DNA of 22,301 nucleotides from Campylobacterota bacterium (GCA_034717975.1 JAYEMF010000015.1:1-22301), one strand, 5' to 3'. Counted from the first letter of the stretch, positions 1-9,492 are shown. Notes: generated by a model not told the origin, from the sequence alone. Translations and numbers: made by a program.

Positions 1-105
1 TGTGGTTTGAAGACTAAAATATGCTTGCTCTCTTATTTTTGGCCTCAGTGAATCAAAAAGCCACTGTCATCTGCGTGTGAATCGTAAGTTATTGATAGTC
101 TGGAA

Positions 106-111
106 ATTCTA
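106..111 (-). promoter_or_regulatory. Putative sigma70 -10 box (TAGAAT) for a transcript leaving the window to the left
   Basis: Minus strand reads TAGAAT, preceded by T-rich tracts (+ strand A-runs at 128-139), as expected of Campylobacterota promoters. Confidence 0.35.
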
Positions 112-155
112 TTTCGTGATTTGGGTGAAAAAAGTAAAATTATTTAATGAGGAGA

Positions 156-176
156 TGACTGCCCATTGAGCAGTCA
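156..176 (-). terminator. Hairpin after the ilvI-ilvH-lpxD-ORF69 operon
   Basis: Inverted repeat TGACTGC-N7-GCAGTCA, 8 nt downstream of the stop at 185. There is no strong U-tract. Confidence 0.45.
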
Positions 177-184
177 GAAGAAGA

Positions 185-394
185 TTATTTGAGTGCCTGG
201 AGCGCCGCGATCACATCGTCAAGATTGTTTAGCGGAAGGTGAACTTTCCACTCCGGATTTTGCGCATCACCGGAGAGAGAGATACCGATACTTGCGACTG
301 TAGCGCTTCCCGGACCATATGGTTCGTCAATTTTAGTTACCGAAATAATACCGTTTTTCGTTCCGTCCAAAGCAATGATTTTTGAATCTGCCAT
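185..394 (-). CDS. Small hypothetical protein (69 aa)
   Basis: AAGGA RBS upstream of the ATG, 16 nt after the lpxD stop, protein-like composition. No family recognised. Confidence 0.8.
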   Translation of the reverse strand: MADSKIIALDGTKNGIISVTKIDEPYGPGSATVASIGISLSGDAQNPEWKVHLPLNNLDDVIAALQALK

Positions 395-410
395 AAGTAA
401 TCCTTATCTT

Positions 411-1364
411 TTATGATTTAAGTAGTCTAGCCAGTTTGGCCTGAAGTTTCAGCCATTGCCGTTGAGTCATCAGTGGAAAACCGCCATAGACGCCCTTTTC
501 TTTGACATGATTGGTAATGCCCGAACGTGCGGCAAACTGCGAGAATGCGGCAATTTTAAGGTGTCCGGCCGTTGCGGCCTGACCGCCCATCACGACATTG
601 CGGCCAAGTGTAGTCGAACCGGCAACACCCGATTGTGCCACCAGGATGCAGTACTCGCCGATCTCGCAGTTATGGCCGATCTGGATCAGGTTGTCCAGCT
701 TGGCACCTTTTTTGATCAGCGTCGAACCAAAGACCGCACGGTCGATCGAACTGTTGCTGCCGACCTCTACGTCGTCTTCGAGGACAACATTGCCGTTTTG
801 ATAGATTTTGACATGTTCACCCAGCTGAGTATGGGCAAACCCAAAGCCGTCACTCCCCACAACTGTTCCGGAATGGATAATACAGTCATTGCCCAATACA
901 CAATCATGATAAACCGTTGCATTGGCATGCAAAATCGTATTGTCGCCAATTACGGCGCGAGCACCAACGTAAACACCCGGGAGAATCTGGCAGTTTCTGC
1001 CCACAACGGCACCGTTGGCAATGGCAGCACTCGGTGCGATATAACTCCCCTCTCCTATGATGGGAGCCGGAAGTGCTTCATCTACGAGCAGCGGAGCGAA
1101 CAGCTTTGAAGCCAGTGCCATTTTCAGATAGGGTTCACTGTCGACCAGAGCGACCGTACCTTCTGGAACGTGTTCAGCGGCTGCTTCGGAAATAAAGACG
1201 GCTGCCGCTTTGGTTTCATTCAGATCGGCAATGTATTTTTTGTTATCTAAAAAACTGATCTCGTCAGAGGAAGCCTCTTTAAGCGTATTGATCCCTTTGA
1301 TGGCTAAAGCATCACCACTGTAGGCAATGCCGCAGCTTTTGGCGATCTGATCGAGCGTGATCAT
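411..1364 (-). CDS. lpxD: UDP-3-O-(3-hydroxymyristoyl)glucosamine N-acyltransferase
   Basis: N-terminal ISFLDNKKY and PYL motifs, hexapeptide repeats, GSDGFGF, IDRA and [10 protein letters not shown] motifs. Confidence 0.97.
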   Translation of the reverse strand: MITLDQIAKSCGIAYSGDALAIKGINTLKEASSDEISFLDNKKYIADLNETKAAAVFISEAAAEHVPEGTVALVDSEPYLKMALASKLFAPLLVDEALPAPIIGEGSYIAPSAAIANGAVVGRNCQILPGVYVGARAVIGDNTILHANATVYHDCVLGNDCIIHSGTVVGSDGFGFAHTQLGEHVKIYQNGNVVLEDDVEVGSNSSIDRAVFGSTLIKKGAKLDNLIQIGHNCEIGEYCILVAQSGVAGSTTLGRNVVMGGQAATAGHLKIAAFSQFAARSGITNHVKEKGVYGGFPLMTQRQWLKLQAKLARLLKS

Positions 1365-1834
1365 CGTTCCAGGGCTACCGCGCCGCTGCGTACGATCTCT
1401 TTAGGGTGAAATCGTTTGGCAGCTTCTAAAAAGTGGTTGATGCGATGCGGTTCATCGGCAACCATGGCGATGACCATGTCCGCTCCGGCATTGACGATCT
1501 TGCCGTTATAGGCCTGACAAAGGGTGTCGATATCGCTGATGTTCTCAGAGATAGGGAACTTGATGAGCGTCATCTCTTTTTCAACCAGATCGGCATGCTC
1601 GTATACTTTGAGTACCGGGATCAGTTTATGAAGCTGCTTTATGATCTGCTCGATCACACGTGATGAACCCGATGTGACGATGGTCAGACGTGAATATTTT
1701 GACTCCGGGATCGGAGCGACGGTCAATGACTCGATGTTGTAGCCACGCGCCGAAAAGAGGTCGGTGATGCGTGAAAGCGTACTGGACTCATTATAAACGA
1801 TGACGGAAACAACTCTTCTTACGTTATCACTCAT
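1361..1834 (-). CDS. ilvH: Acetolactate synthase small regulatory subunit
   Basis: ACT domain ([29 protein letters not shown]) and C-terminal EIVRSG. Overlaps the large-subunit gene. Confidence 0.96.
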   Translation of the reverse strand: MSDNVRRVVSVIVYNESSTLSRITDLFSARGYNIESLTVAPIPESKYSRLTIVTSGSSRVIEQIIKQLHKLIPVLKVYEHADLVEKEMTLIKFPISENISDIDTLCQAYNGKIVNAGADMVIAMVADEPHRINHFLEAAKRFHPKEIVRSGAVALER

Positions 1835-3528
1835 TATTTATCCTTGTACTCTAACATCATGTTGAACAGTGAACCGCCGGACGGAACCATCGGCATAACA
1901 TTTTCAAGGCGCTCGACATCAACATCGATAATCGCCACAATATTTTTCTCAATCGCATCTTTCAGTGCCGCATCGAACTCCTCTTTGGTTCTGACCTTGT
2001 AACCGATACCGCCAAAACTCTCAGCCACTTTGACAAAGTCAGGCTGTGCAGAGAGGTCGGTCTCGGCATGGCGTTTATCATAGAAGAGGGTCTGCCACTG
2101 GCGAACCATCCCAAGATATTTGTTGTTGAGGATGATATTGATGACCGGAAGCTTCTGCTCAACGGCCGTCATCAGCTCCTGAATGTTCATCAGGATCGAA
2201 CCGTCACCCGTGAAGTTGATGCTGACACGTTCCGGATCGGCCGCTTTCACACCCAGTGCTCCCGGAAAACCGTAACCCATCGTTCCCAAACCGCCTGAAC
2301 TGTTCCACTGGCGCGGACGGGTGAACGGGTAGAACTGTGCGGCCCACATCTGGTGCTGACCGACGTCTGTCGTAATGTTCGCATCATCACCCAGAAGTTC
2401 ACCGACACGTTCGATGACCCATTGAGGCTTGATGTTCTCCGTATCTTCATGGTAGGAGAGCGGATGAAGCTGCTCAAAGTTCTCAATGGTCTCTAACCAC
2501 GGTGCAAACTTCGCCGCATCGACTTTCTCTTTGGCCAGCGGCATCATCGCTTCAACTACGGTTTTAACATCACCGACGATCGGGAAGTCGGCATTGACCA
2601 GTTTTGAAATACTCGCCGGATCGATATCGACATGGATGATATCTGCACCCTTGGCAAACTCGGAAAGTTTACCGGTAACACGGTCATCAAAACGTGCACC
2701 GAGACCGATGACAAGATCGGTTTCCGACATCGCCATATTGGCTGCGTATGAACCGTGCATTCCGAGCATGGAGATAAGCAGCGGATTTTCAGCACCCATC
2801 GTACCGCGGGCACGGAAAGTCTCAACTGCCGGGATACCGCAAGATTCTGCAAATTCACGGACAAGGTAGGCAGCTTCGGAAGCGATAACACCGCCACCAA
2901 GGTAAAACAGCGGACGCTTTGAAGCGGCAATCGCTTCAACCGCCTTCTTGATCTGGCGGGTATTGCCCTTGGTAGTCGGTTTATAGGTCTCAAGCTCGAC
3001 CGGCTTGGAGTAATCATACTCGGCTATCTGTGCCGTCACATCTTTGGGGATATCGACATGCACCGGTCCCGGACGACCCGTTCTCGCTATATGAAATGCC
3101 TCTTTCAGGACACGGGGAAGATCGGCCGCGTCAGTTACAAGGTAGTTATGCTTGGTACATGAGCGGCTGATACCGACTGCATCGATCTCCTGAAAACCAT
3201 CCGTCCCGATAAGGCTCATCGGTACCTGTCCGCTGATGGCGACAATAGGAATGGAGTCCATGTAAGCATCTGCCAGACCGGTCACGGCATTTGTAAAACC
3301 GGGACCGCTGGTAATCATCGCCACACCGACTTTACCGGTATTTTGGGCGTAACCCTCTGCCGCATGCACTGCTGCCTGCTCATGACGTGTCAAGATATGC
3401 TTGAACTTGTCCTGTTTATAGATCTCGTCGTAAACGTTCATGATCGCCCCGCCCGGGTAACCAAATATGACATCAACCTCTTCGGCGATAATCGCTTCAA
3501 TGACCATCTGTGCACCGCTAATCTGCAT
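1834..3528 (-). CDS. ilvI: Acetolactate synthase large subunit
   Basis: FGYPGGA, RHEQAA, TSGPG, GQVP, FQE and SSGGLGTMG motifs plus the GDGS...NN TPP-binding motif. AGGA RBS. Confidence 0.96.
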   Translation of the reverse strand: MQISGAQMVIEAIIAEEVDVIFGYPGGAIMNVYDEIYKQDKFKHILTRHEQAAVHAAEGYAQNTGKVGVAMITSGPGFTNAVTGLADAYMDSIPIVAISGQVPMSLIGTDGFQEIDAVGISRSCTKHNYLVTDAADLPRVLKEAFHIARTGRPGPVHVDIPKDVTAQIAEYDYSKPVELETYKPTTKGNTRQIKKAVEAIAASKRPLFYLGGGVIASEAAYLVREFAESCGIPAVETFRARGTMGAENPLLISMLGMHGSYAANMAMSETDLVIGLGARFDDRVTGKLSEFAKGADIIHVDIDPASISKLVNADFPIVGDVKTVVEAMMPLAKEKVDAAKFAPWLETIENFEQLHPLSYHEDTENIKPQWVIERVGELLGDDANITTDVGQHQMWAAQFYPFTRPRQWNSSGGLGTMGYGFPGALGVKAADPERVSINFTGDGSILMNIQELMTAVEQKLPVINIILNNKYLGMVRQWQTLFYDKRHAETDLSAQPDFVKVAESFGGIGYKVRTKEEFDAALKDAIEKNIVAIIDVDVERLENVMPMVPSGGSLFNMMLEYKDK

Positions 3529-3555
3529 GGTCCTCTCCTTATTAATTAAACACGC

Positions 3556-3614
3556 TTCAGGAGCGAAGCCCCTGAAACTACGCTGACGCTGAGTCTGCTT
3601 CGGCAGCAGGCCAG
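3556..3614. repeat. Structured palindromic element (REP-like) in the ilvI leader
   Basis: Hairpins TTCAGG-A-GCGAAGC-C-CCTGAA (3556-3576) and CTGC-TTCG-GCAG (3595-3606). Confidence 0.5.
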
Positions 3615-3730
3615 CACGCCCTTGGCATTTTCAGGCTCTTCGACTCGAACATCTGCAATGTTGTAGTGATTTGTTAGCCTAATAAACATTTGAACTTTTA
3701 ATGGTTCAAAATGCTTTAAAAAATGGGGGT

Positions 3731-3736
3731 ATTATA
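3731..3736 (-). promoter_or_regulatory. Putative sigma70 -10 box (TATAAT) of the ilvI operon
   Basis: Perfect TATAAT on the minus strand in the intergenic region, about 200 nt upstream of ilvI. Confidence 0.6.
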
Positions 3737-3773
3737 GGGAAATGGAGCTATGATGAAGGTTAAATAAGTGTCG

Positions 3774-4712
3774 CTACTGATTTTGGTTTAAGTTTTTTAA
3801 GCAGTAGTCGAGTGCCACACCCTCGCGGAGGCCATCATCGACAATGATCGCTTCGTCAAAGCCCAACAGCTTGTAGAACTCTTCGACAATGACGACACCG
3901 GCAACGATAAGGGTCTCTTTTCCGACCCCGACATAGCGGGCCCGCTCCTCATCATCGAGTGCCAGAAGTGCCGTCAATGCCTCGCCGCACTCCTGAAGCG
4001 AGAGGGATGTTCCGTTGATCTTCTGCGGATCGTAGCTCTCGTAGGTCATCCCCTGTAAAAATGCGGCGATCGTCGTCGGTGTACCCGCTGTTGCGACAAA
4101 GGTCTCAGCTCTTCCCCGGCTCTTATATATCTCTTCTACATACAATGCCACAGGTTGAAGGGCTTCTTGCATCATTACCCGTACCTCATCGGGCGATGGA
4201 CACTGCTGGGCAACCGTCACAACCCCGACCGGAAAGCTTTTGCTGATAAACTCACCATTTAGGTAGAACATCACTTCTGTCGATCCGCCGCCAATATCGA
4301 TAAGGACAAAGCTCTCATCGCTGATGCCTAAACACTCCAGTCGGTGACGCACGGCAAGCATCGTATAGGCAGCTTCCACATCGGCATCGATCACTTTAAA
4401 GCAGATGCCGCCCTCCTCTTCAATGCGTTTAAGAGCTTCATCACGATTTTTCGCCATCCGCATCGCCGCGGTAGTAACGGCCACTACGCTGGAGGTTTCA
4501 AAATTGAAAATGCCTTGTGCCGTTTTCGCAGCAGCTATGATCCGCTCTACCGCGGCATCACTGATCTCTCCGCTGACATGCATGCCATCAGCCGTCTTGA
4601 CGATACGTTCAAAATCTTCTCCCCATCTTTGTTCCGCACAGTCATAGGCGATACAGCGGAAGGTATTGGAACCGAGATCGATGCCGATAACGGTATTGGG
4701 TTTAGAGGTCAT
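3774..4712 (-). CDS. Ppx/GppA phosphatase family protein (short form, no HD domain)
   Basis: IDLGSNT, TAAMRMAKN, DIGGGSTE and GLREG ASKHA motifs. Confidence 0.9.
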   Translation of the reverse strand: MTSKPNTVIGIDLGSNTFRCIAYDCAEQRWGEDFERIVKTADGMHVSGEISDAAVERIIAAAKTAQGIFNFETSSVVAVTTAAMRMAKNRDEALKRIEEEGGICFKVIDADVEAAYTMLAVRHRLECLGISDESFVLIDIGGGSTEVMFYLNGEFISKSFPVGVVTVAQQCPSPDEVRVMMQEALQPVALYVEEIYKSRGRAETFVATAGTPTTIAAFLQGMTYESYDPQKINGTSLSLQECGEALTALLALDDEERARYVGVGKETLIVAGVVIVEEFYKLLGFDEAIIVDDGLREGVALDYCLKNLNQNQ

Positions 4713-6345
4713 CGAGAATACGCTTCACGTCATCTTTGTAGTCAGGAAAATCAAGCAGTATCTCACACAGCTGCCTTGTCGTGTAGAGATCACCGGCTGC
4801 ATACGATTTTTGCAGCTGGATGTAAAGCTTGTCGGCATAGTCCAAAACAGTGGCATACTCTTTGAACTCTTGGAGGAAGGGATAGTTTTTGACCAGTTCA
4901 AAAACCTTTTTCCACTCCCGTTTACCGATAAGGTCTTTGAAAAAAAGATAACGTTTACTCTCATTGAAAAGCTGCTGGATAGATACTGTTTTTTCCGAGA
5001 TACCGCGAAACGGTGAAAGAAGTTCCTTCGCCTGATCTTCACCTTTTTTGCTCTCAAGCAGTTGCCGGGCCTTGGCAAACAGCTGCTGCCACAGCCGTTC
5101 CATCTTCTGGTAAGAGAGGGACTCCTTGAACTTCGGGTACTGATGCAGCATGGCATAAGCCAGTGAATAACGCCCCTCTTCTACATGCAGTTTGAAGAGC
5201 TGGTAAGCTTCCTGATCTTCCAGCAGTGCTGCTGCAACACTCCCTTTGCCCTTTACATTGCCAAACGGTTCAAGCAGCCTCTGCGCTTGAACCGTTTTCC
5301 CTTTTTCCAACAGCAGTTTCGCCTCGTCAAGTGCCTCTCTCCAGGCCATTTCGGCCTCTTCATACTGATCTGAATATGCAAGCAGCGGATTTTGAGAGAC
5401 ACGGAGATAAAACTGCTGATACTGTTCATTCTCAAGCATCCTGCCGCTTTCGCCGCTATCTCCGTAGAGTGCAAACAGGTGCAGCTCTCCGGTAGATGTA
5501 CCCAGAGCCAGGGATTGATCAAAGCATGTCATGGAGAGGACTCTCCCTTTGACTTTGATGTATCTATCGGATATCTGAGCATACGACTCCATATCATAGA
5601 GAGCGACATACCCAAGAGCTGTTCCGACGAACAAAATGCGTCCATCTTCGCAGAGGGTAATCATCGTGATCTCATCATGCATCGTCGGGAGGCGTTTGAT
5701 CAGTGTGCCATGACGTCTCTCCCAGACAATCATTTCACCGTTTTTACCGGCAGAAACCAGCCCTGTTTTGCCATAAAATGCAAGAGCGACTACAGCCGAT
5801 GTGTGTGCTCGGAGTGTCAAGGTTTTTTTCTTATCTTCGATGCTGTTGAGATGGATCACTCTGTCATAACTGCCACTGGCAATGATGTTCTCTTCAGGGT
5901 CGATGCAGAGTGCTGTAATGAAATCGGAGTGCGGCATCAAGGTGGCCATCATCTTTCCGCTTTTAACACTCCAGACAAAAAGTCTGCCGTCCTGTCCGCC
6001 TGTTGCCATGTAACGGAGCTTCGGGTCCAGTGCAACACTCTCCACTCTTCCCTGATGACGGTCAATCTCATAGAGAAATCGTTTCTGCTTCACATCAAAA
6101 AGAGCGACACGGTTTGAGTCCGGTATCACCGTGGCGCACACTTTCCCAAAAGGCCCCATAGCAATGCAGTTGGAGCTGAGTTCTTTATGGATTACATTGG
6201 CCTTTACCCCGCCGGCCACCTGAAAGTTTTCAAGATTGATAAATCGTATGGTGGTCTGTGCATCAACGGCGCAGAGTATGCCGTTGCGAAGTCGTTTTAA
6301 CTGTAGAACCGGCTCTTTGAGGTGCAGCGTTTTAGACGGTTCCAT
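4702..6345 (-). CDS. WD40-repeat beta-propeller protein with a C-terminal alpha-helical repeat region
   Basis: WD40 blades such as HQGRVESVALDPKLRYMATGGQDGRLFVW, HSDFITALCIDP..IASGSYD and HTSAVVALAF...VSAGKNGEMIVW. The C-terminal ~250 aa are helical with an ~84-aa repeat. Confidence 0.85.
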   Translation of the reverse strand: MEPSKTLHLKEPVLQLKRLRNGILCAVDAQTTIRFINLENFQVAGGVKANVIHKELSSNCIAMGPFGKVCATVIPDSNRVALFDVKQKRFLYEIDRHQGRVESVALDPKLRYMATGGQDGRLFVWSVKSGKMMATLMPHSDFITALCIDPEENIIASGSYDRVIHLNSIEDKKKTLTLRAHTSAVVALAFYGKTGLVSAGKNGEMIVWERRHGTLIKRLPTMHDEITMITLCEDGRILFVGTALGYVALYDMESYAQISDRYIKVKGRVLSMTCFDQSLALGTSTGELHLFALYGDSGESGRMLENEQYQQFYLRVSQNPLLAYSDQYEEAEMAWREALDEAKLLLEKGKTVQAQRLLEPFGNVKGKGSVAAALLEDQEAYQLFKLHVEEGRYSLAYAMLHQYPKFKESLSYQKMERLWQQLFAKARQLLESKKGEDQAKELLSPFRGISEKTVSIQQLFNESKRYLFFKDLIGKREWKKVFELVKNYPFLQEFKEYATVLDYADKLYIQLQKSYAAGDLYTTRQLCEILLDFPDYKDDVKRILDDL

Positions 6346-6351
6346 CGGACT

Positions 6352-7563
6352 CTATTTATCTTCGCTGCTTAAATAGCCGTGTGCGTGAAGAAGCGTTCTG
6401 ATCTCATGCTGATGCTCTTCACCTTTTGTCTCAAGATGAATCGTAACATTGGCGTCGCCAAATGCCAGGGTTGTCGATGTACGGTCATAAGCGATATGAA
6501 CGATGTTGGCATTAAGTCCCGTTAAAAGTTCAGTCAGATTCATGAGAGAGCCCGGCTTATCGATCAATGTTACCGTGAGCTTCATCTTGCGGTATGACTT
6601 GATCAGACCCTTTTCGATAATAACCGACAGGAGTGTCACGTCCATATTGCCGCCACTGATAACCACAGCGACCTTCTTGCCCTTAAGGCCGCTGATCTTA
6701 TCGTGCATCACCGCAGCAATGCCTACTGAACCCGCACCTTCGACAACAATTTTCTGACGTTCAAGCAGAAAGAGGATGGCATTGGCAATCTCTTCATCAT
6801 CAACAGTGACGATGCGATCGACAGACTCCAGTGCATAAGCCAGGGTGATCGGCGAAGTATCACGGACGGCGATCCCATCGGCAATGGTTCTGACTGAGAT
6901 AGTGTCTTCTGCCACACCATGTTCAAATGAGTTTTTAAATGCCGGTGCCCCTTCTGCAGCGACACCGATAACCTCTATCTTTGGATTTTTTGCCTTGATC
7001 GCCGAGGCAATACCGGAGATAAGCCCACCACCGCCGACAGGAACGATAACGACATCGATATCGGGCTGTGCATCAAGGAGCTCGAAAGCAATGGTCCCCT
7101 GCCCGGCGATGACCTCATCATCTTCAAACGGATGAACAAAGACAAGATTCTGCTCTTTTCCATAATTGGTTGCGTAGGCATACGCTTCATCATAGTTGGC
7201 ACCGGCAAGGATCACCTCGGCACCAAAATCTTTGACACCGTTTACTTTGGTCAGTGGCGTTGAGTCAGGCATCACGATCACCGCGCGGCATCCAAAGTGA
7301 CGGGCTGAATAGGCTACACCCTGGGCATGATTTCCCGCACTTGCCGCAACGACGCCGCGGGAACGTTCTTCATCGCTCAATGAAGCCACTTTGTTGAATG
7401 CTCCGCGAATTTTAAAAGCACCGGTAATCTGCAGGTTCTCTTTTTTTAAAAAGAGCTCGGCCCCAATCATCTCGCTTAACACCGGGGCATATGAAAAAGG
7501 TGTTTTGACAACAACATCTTTGATCCGCTCACTCGCCTGTTCTATCTTTGCTAATTCTATCAA
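6352..7563 (-). CDS. ilvA: Threonine ammonia-lyase with C-terminal ACT domain
   Basis: ENLQITGAFKIRGA PLP lysine, SAGNHAQG, PVGGGGL and SGGN motifs. The start is reassigned to TTG at 7563 (403 aa, AAGAGA upstream) because the ORF-track start at 7623 lies inside the upstream gene. Confidence 0.93.
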   Translation of the reverse strand: MIELAKIEQASERIKDVVVKTPFSYAPVLSEMIGAELFLKKENLQITGAFKIRGAFNKVASLSDEERSRGVVAASAGNHAQGVAYSARHFGCRAVIVMPDSTPLTKVNGVKDFGAEVILAGANYDEAYAYATNYGKEQNLVFVHPFEDDEVIAGQGTIAFELLDAQPDIDVVIVPVGGGGLISGIASAIKAKNPKIEVIGVAAEGAPAFKNSFEHGVAEDTISVRTIADGIAVRDTSPITLAYALESVDRIVTVDDEEIANAILFLLERQKIVVEGAGSVGIAAVMHDKISGLKGKKVAVVISGGNMDVTLLSVIIEKGLIKSYRKMKLTVTLIDKPGSLMNLTELLTGLNANIVHIAYDRTSTTLAFGDANVTIHLETKGEEHQHEIRTLLHAHGYLSSEDK

Positions 7564-7576
7564 GGTTATTGTCTCT

Positions 7577-8005
7577 TTAAAAAAGTGCTTTATGCTCGAC
7601 CATGCTGCAGTGGTTCTGAACAACTTTCATGCCGGCCTGTTCTGCTTTTCCGGCAGCGGCATTGTTAACCAGTCCAAGCTGTCCCCAGAAAACTTTAACA
7701 TCACCCCGTGCAATACATGCATCGGCTACCGCATCGAAGACGGCAGGTTTACGGAAGATATTGACCATATCTACCGACTCGGGAATCTCAGCCAGGGAAC
7801 GGTACACCTTCTCGTTCAATATGTTCTCTTCTTTAGGATAGACAGGAATAATTTTATACCCAACCGATTGTAAATATTTTGCCACACGGTGACTGGCTTT
7901 TGACTCATCCGGAGAGAGTCCCAGTACAGCAATGGTCTTAACCGAATCAAAAATTGCTTTAATCTCGTCTTTGTTGCTGTTGACTGTCGCAAATTCGCAT
8001 TCCAT
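7577..8005 (-). CDS. CoA-binding protein (YccU-like)
   Basis: KTIAVLGLS, YLQSVGYKIIPVYP, VDMVNIFR, VFWGQLG and C-terminal C..VEH motifs. AAGGA RBS. Confidence 0.92.
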   Translation of the reverse strand: MECEFATVNSNKDEIKAIFDSVKTIAVLGLSPDESKASHRVAKYLQSVGYKIIPVYPKEENILNEKVYRSLAEIPESVDMVNIFRKPAVFDAVADACIARGDVKVFWGQLGLVNNAAAGKAEQAGMKVVQNHCSMVEHKALF

Positions 8006-8032
8006 AGTCCATCCTTCTGAAGTTTATTTGTG

Positions 8033-8041
8033 ATTATACCA
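8033..8041 (-). promoter_or_regulatory. Extended -10 promoter (TGGTATAAT) for the CoA-binding/ilvA/WD40/ppx operon
   Basis: TGnTATAAT on the minus strand, 27 nt upstream of the ATG at 8005. Confidence 0.7.
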
Positions 8042-8072
8042 CTGCTGAACTTGCCTTGACTTTGTATCTCCG

Positions 8073-8095
8073 GTCATCACTCCTGCGAAGGCAGG
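8073..8095. repeat. Short REP-like palindrome / possible gdhA 3' hairpin
   Basis: GTCATCACT-CCTGC-GAAG-GCAGG, 12 nt after the gdhA stop. Confidence 0.35.
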
Positions 8096-8107
8096 CAAAG
8101 TGCCCTG

Positions 8108-9463
8108 TTAGATTCCCTCGGCAATCATAGCATCAGCGACTTTTTTGAATCCGGCAATATTCGCACCATCGACATAGTTCCCTTCAACGCCATAATCTTT
8201 TGCCGTTAACGCGACTCGTTTACATATCTGCTGCATAGTCGTTTTCAGTTTGGCATCGACCTCTTCAAAAGTCCATTTTTGCATAGCTGCATTTTGACTC
8301 ATTTCAAACTCACTGACGGCAACGCCGCCGGCATTGGCCGCTTTGGCAGGAGCGAAACAGATCTTATGTTTTAAAAACGTGTTGACAGCTTCTGTTGTTG
8401 AAGGCATATTGGCACCCTCGCTGACACTTACACAACCGTTTTTGATCAGGTTTTTGGCATCTGTTTCAGTCAGTTCATTTTGTGTTGCACATGGGAAAGC
8501 GGCATAACACGGAATGTTCCAGACAGCGTGAGCACCTTCAGGATACTCAGCTGCAGGGGTATAGTTGGCCTCCGGATGAACTTTTACATACTCTTTCAGT
8601 GATACACGACGATCCAGTTTCAACTTTTTCAGCAGCACGATATCAACACCCCGTGCATCATAGATCGTTCCTTTTGAGTCTGTACAGGTCACAGGAATCG
8701 CACCAAGTTGAAAAAGTTTCTCTATCGCATGAAGTGCCACATTTCCGGCACCGCTGACGGCACAGATCTTCCCTTCCAGGCTCTCTTTGTTTTCTATTTC
8801 AAGCATTGTCTCTGTAAAGTAGACCGTCCCGTAACCTGTTGCCTCCGGACGCATCAGTGAGCCGCCGAACATGAAAGGCTTGCCGGTCAGCACACCTTCA
8901 TAAGCAGAGGTGATTTTTTTGTACTCGCCAAAGAGGTAACCTATCTCGCGTGCACCTACGCCAATATCACCGGCAGGGATATCAACACGATCGCCGATGT
9001 ACTTATGAAGTTCCGTCATAAACGCGGAACAGAACTTCATCACCTCAAAGTCACTCTTCCCTTTAGGGTCGAAATCACTCCCCCCTTTGGCACCGCCAAT
9101 CGGCAAACCGGTCAGGGCATTTTTCAGGATCTGTTCAAACCCGAGAAACTTCAAGATACCTTCATTCACGCTCGGATGGAAACGAAGACCACCCTTATAG
9201 GGTCCCAGGGCATTGTTGAACTGAACCCTGTATCCGGTATTTACCTGCATCTTATTGTTGTCATCCAGCCAGGAGACTTTAAACTTAATCACTCTGTCTG
9301 GCGTAATAAGCCTCTTTATAATGGCATTTTTTTCATAGATGTCATCTGATTTAAAAAGCGGAGCGATAGATAACAGAACCTCTTCCATTGCCTGGAAAAA
9401 AACATCATCCTCGGCACAGTTTGGATTCTTGTATTTCTGAATCTCTTTTTTTATATTACTCAT
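8108..9463 (-). CDS. gdhA: NADP-specific glutamate dehydrogenase
   Basis: GPYKGGLRFHPSV, GGAKGGSDFDPKGKS, PAGDIGVG, RPEATGYG, GAGNVA, EGANMP and KAANAGGV motifs. Confidence 0.97.
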   Translation of the reverse strand: MSNIKKEIQKYKNPNCAEDDVFFQAMEEVLLSIAPLFKSDDIYEKNAIIKRLITPDRVIKFKVSWLDDNNKMQVNTGYRVQFNNALGPYKGGLRFHPSVNEGILKFLGFEQILKNALTGLPIGGAKGGSDFDPKGKSDFEVMKFCSAFMTELHKYIGDRVDIPAGDIGVGAREIGYLFGEYKKITSAYEGVLTGKPFMFGGSLMRPEATGYGTVYFTETMLEIENKESLEGKICAVSGAGNVALHAIEKLFQLGAIPVTCTDSKGTIYDARGVDIVLLKKLKLDRRVSLKEYVKVHPEANYTPAAEYPEGAHAVWNIPCYAAFPCATQNELTETDAKNLIKNGCVSVSEGANMPSTTEAVNTFLKHKICFAPAKAANAGGVAVSEFEMSQNAAMQKWTFEEVDAKLKTTMQQICKRVALTAKDYGVEGNYVDGANIAGFKKVADAMIAEGI

Positions 9464-9492
9464 CTTTTTTCCTTTAATCTCGTTTTACGAAG

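Noticed and set aside
456..1109. 217-aa plus-strand ORF, and similar long antisense ORFs at 4344-4865, 5392-6117, 7391-7873, 11923-12495, 16301-16831 and 21253-21930
   Set aside because: These are shadow frames opposite well-supported genes, with no recognisable motifs.
411..3528. lpxD co-transcribed with ilvIH
   Set aside because: This gene order is already known from Campylobacter, so it is not novel.
7564..7623. N-terminal extension of ilvA in the ORF track
   Set aside because: It overlaps the CoA-binding gene. TTG at 7563 has an RBS-like sequence and gives the typical length.
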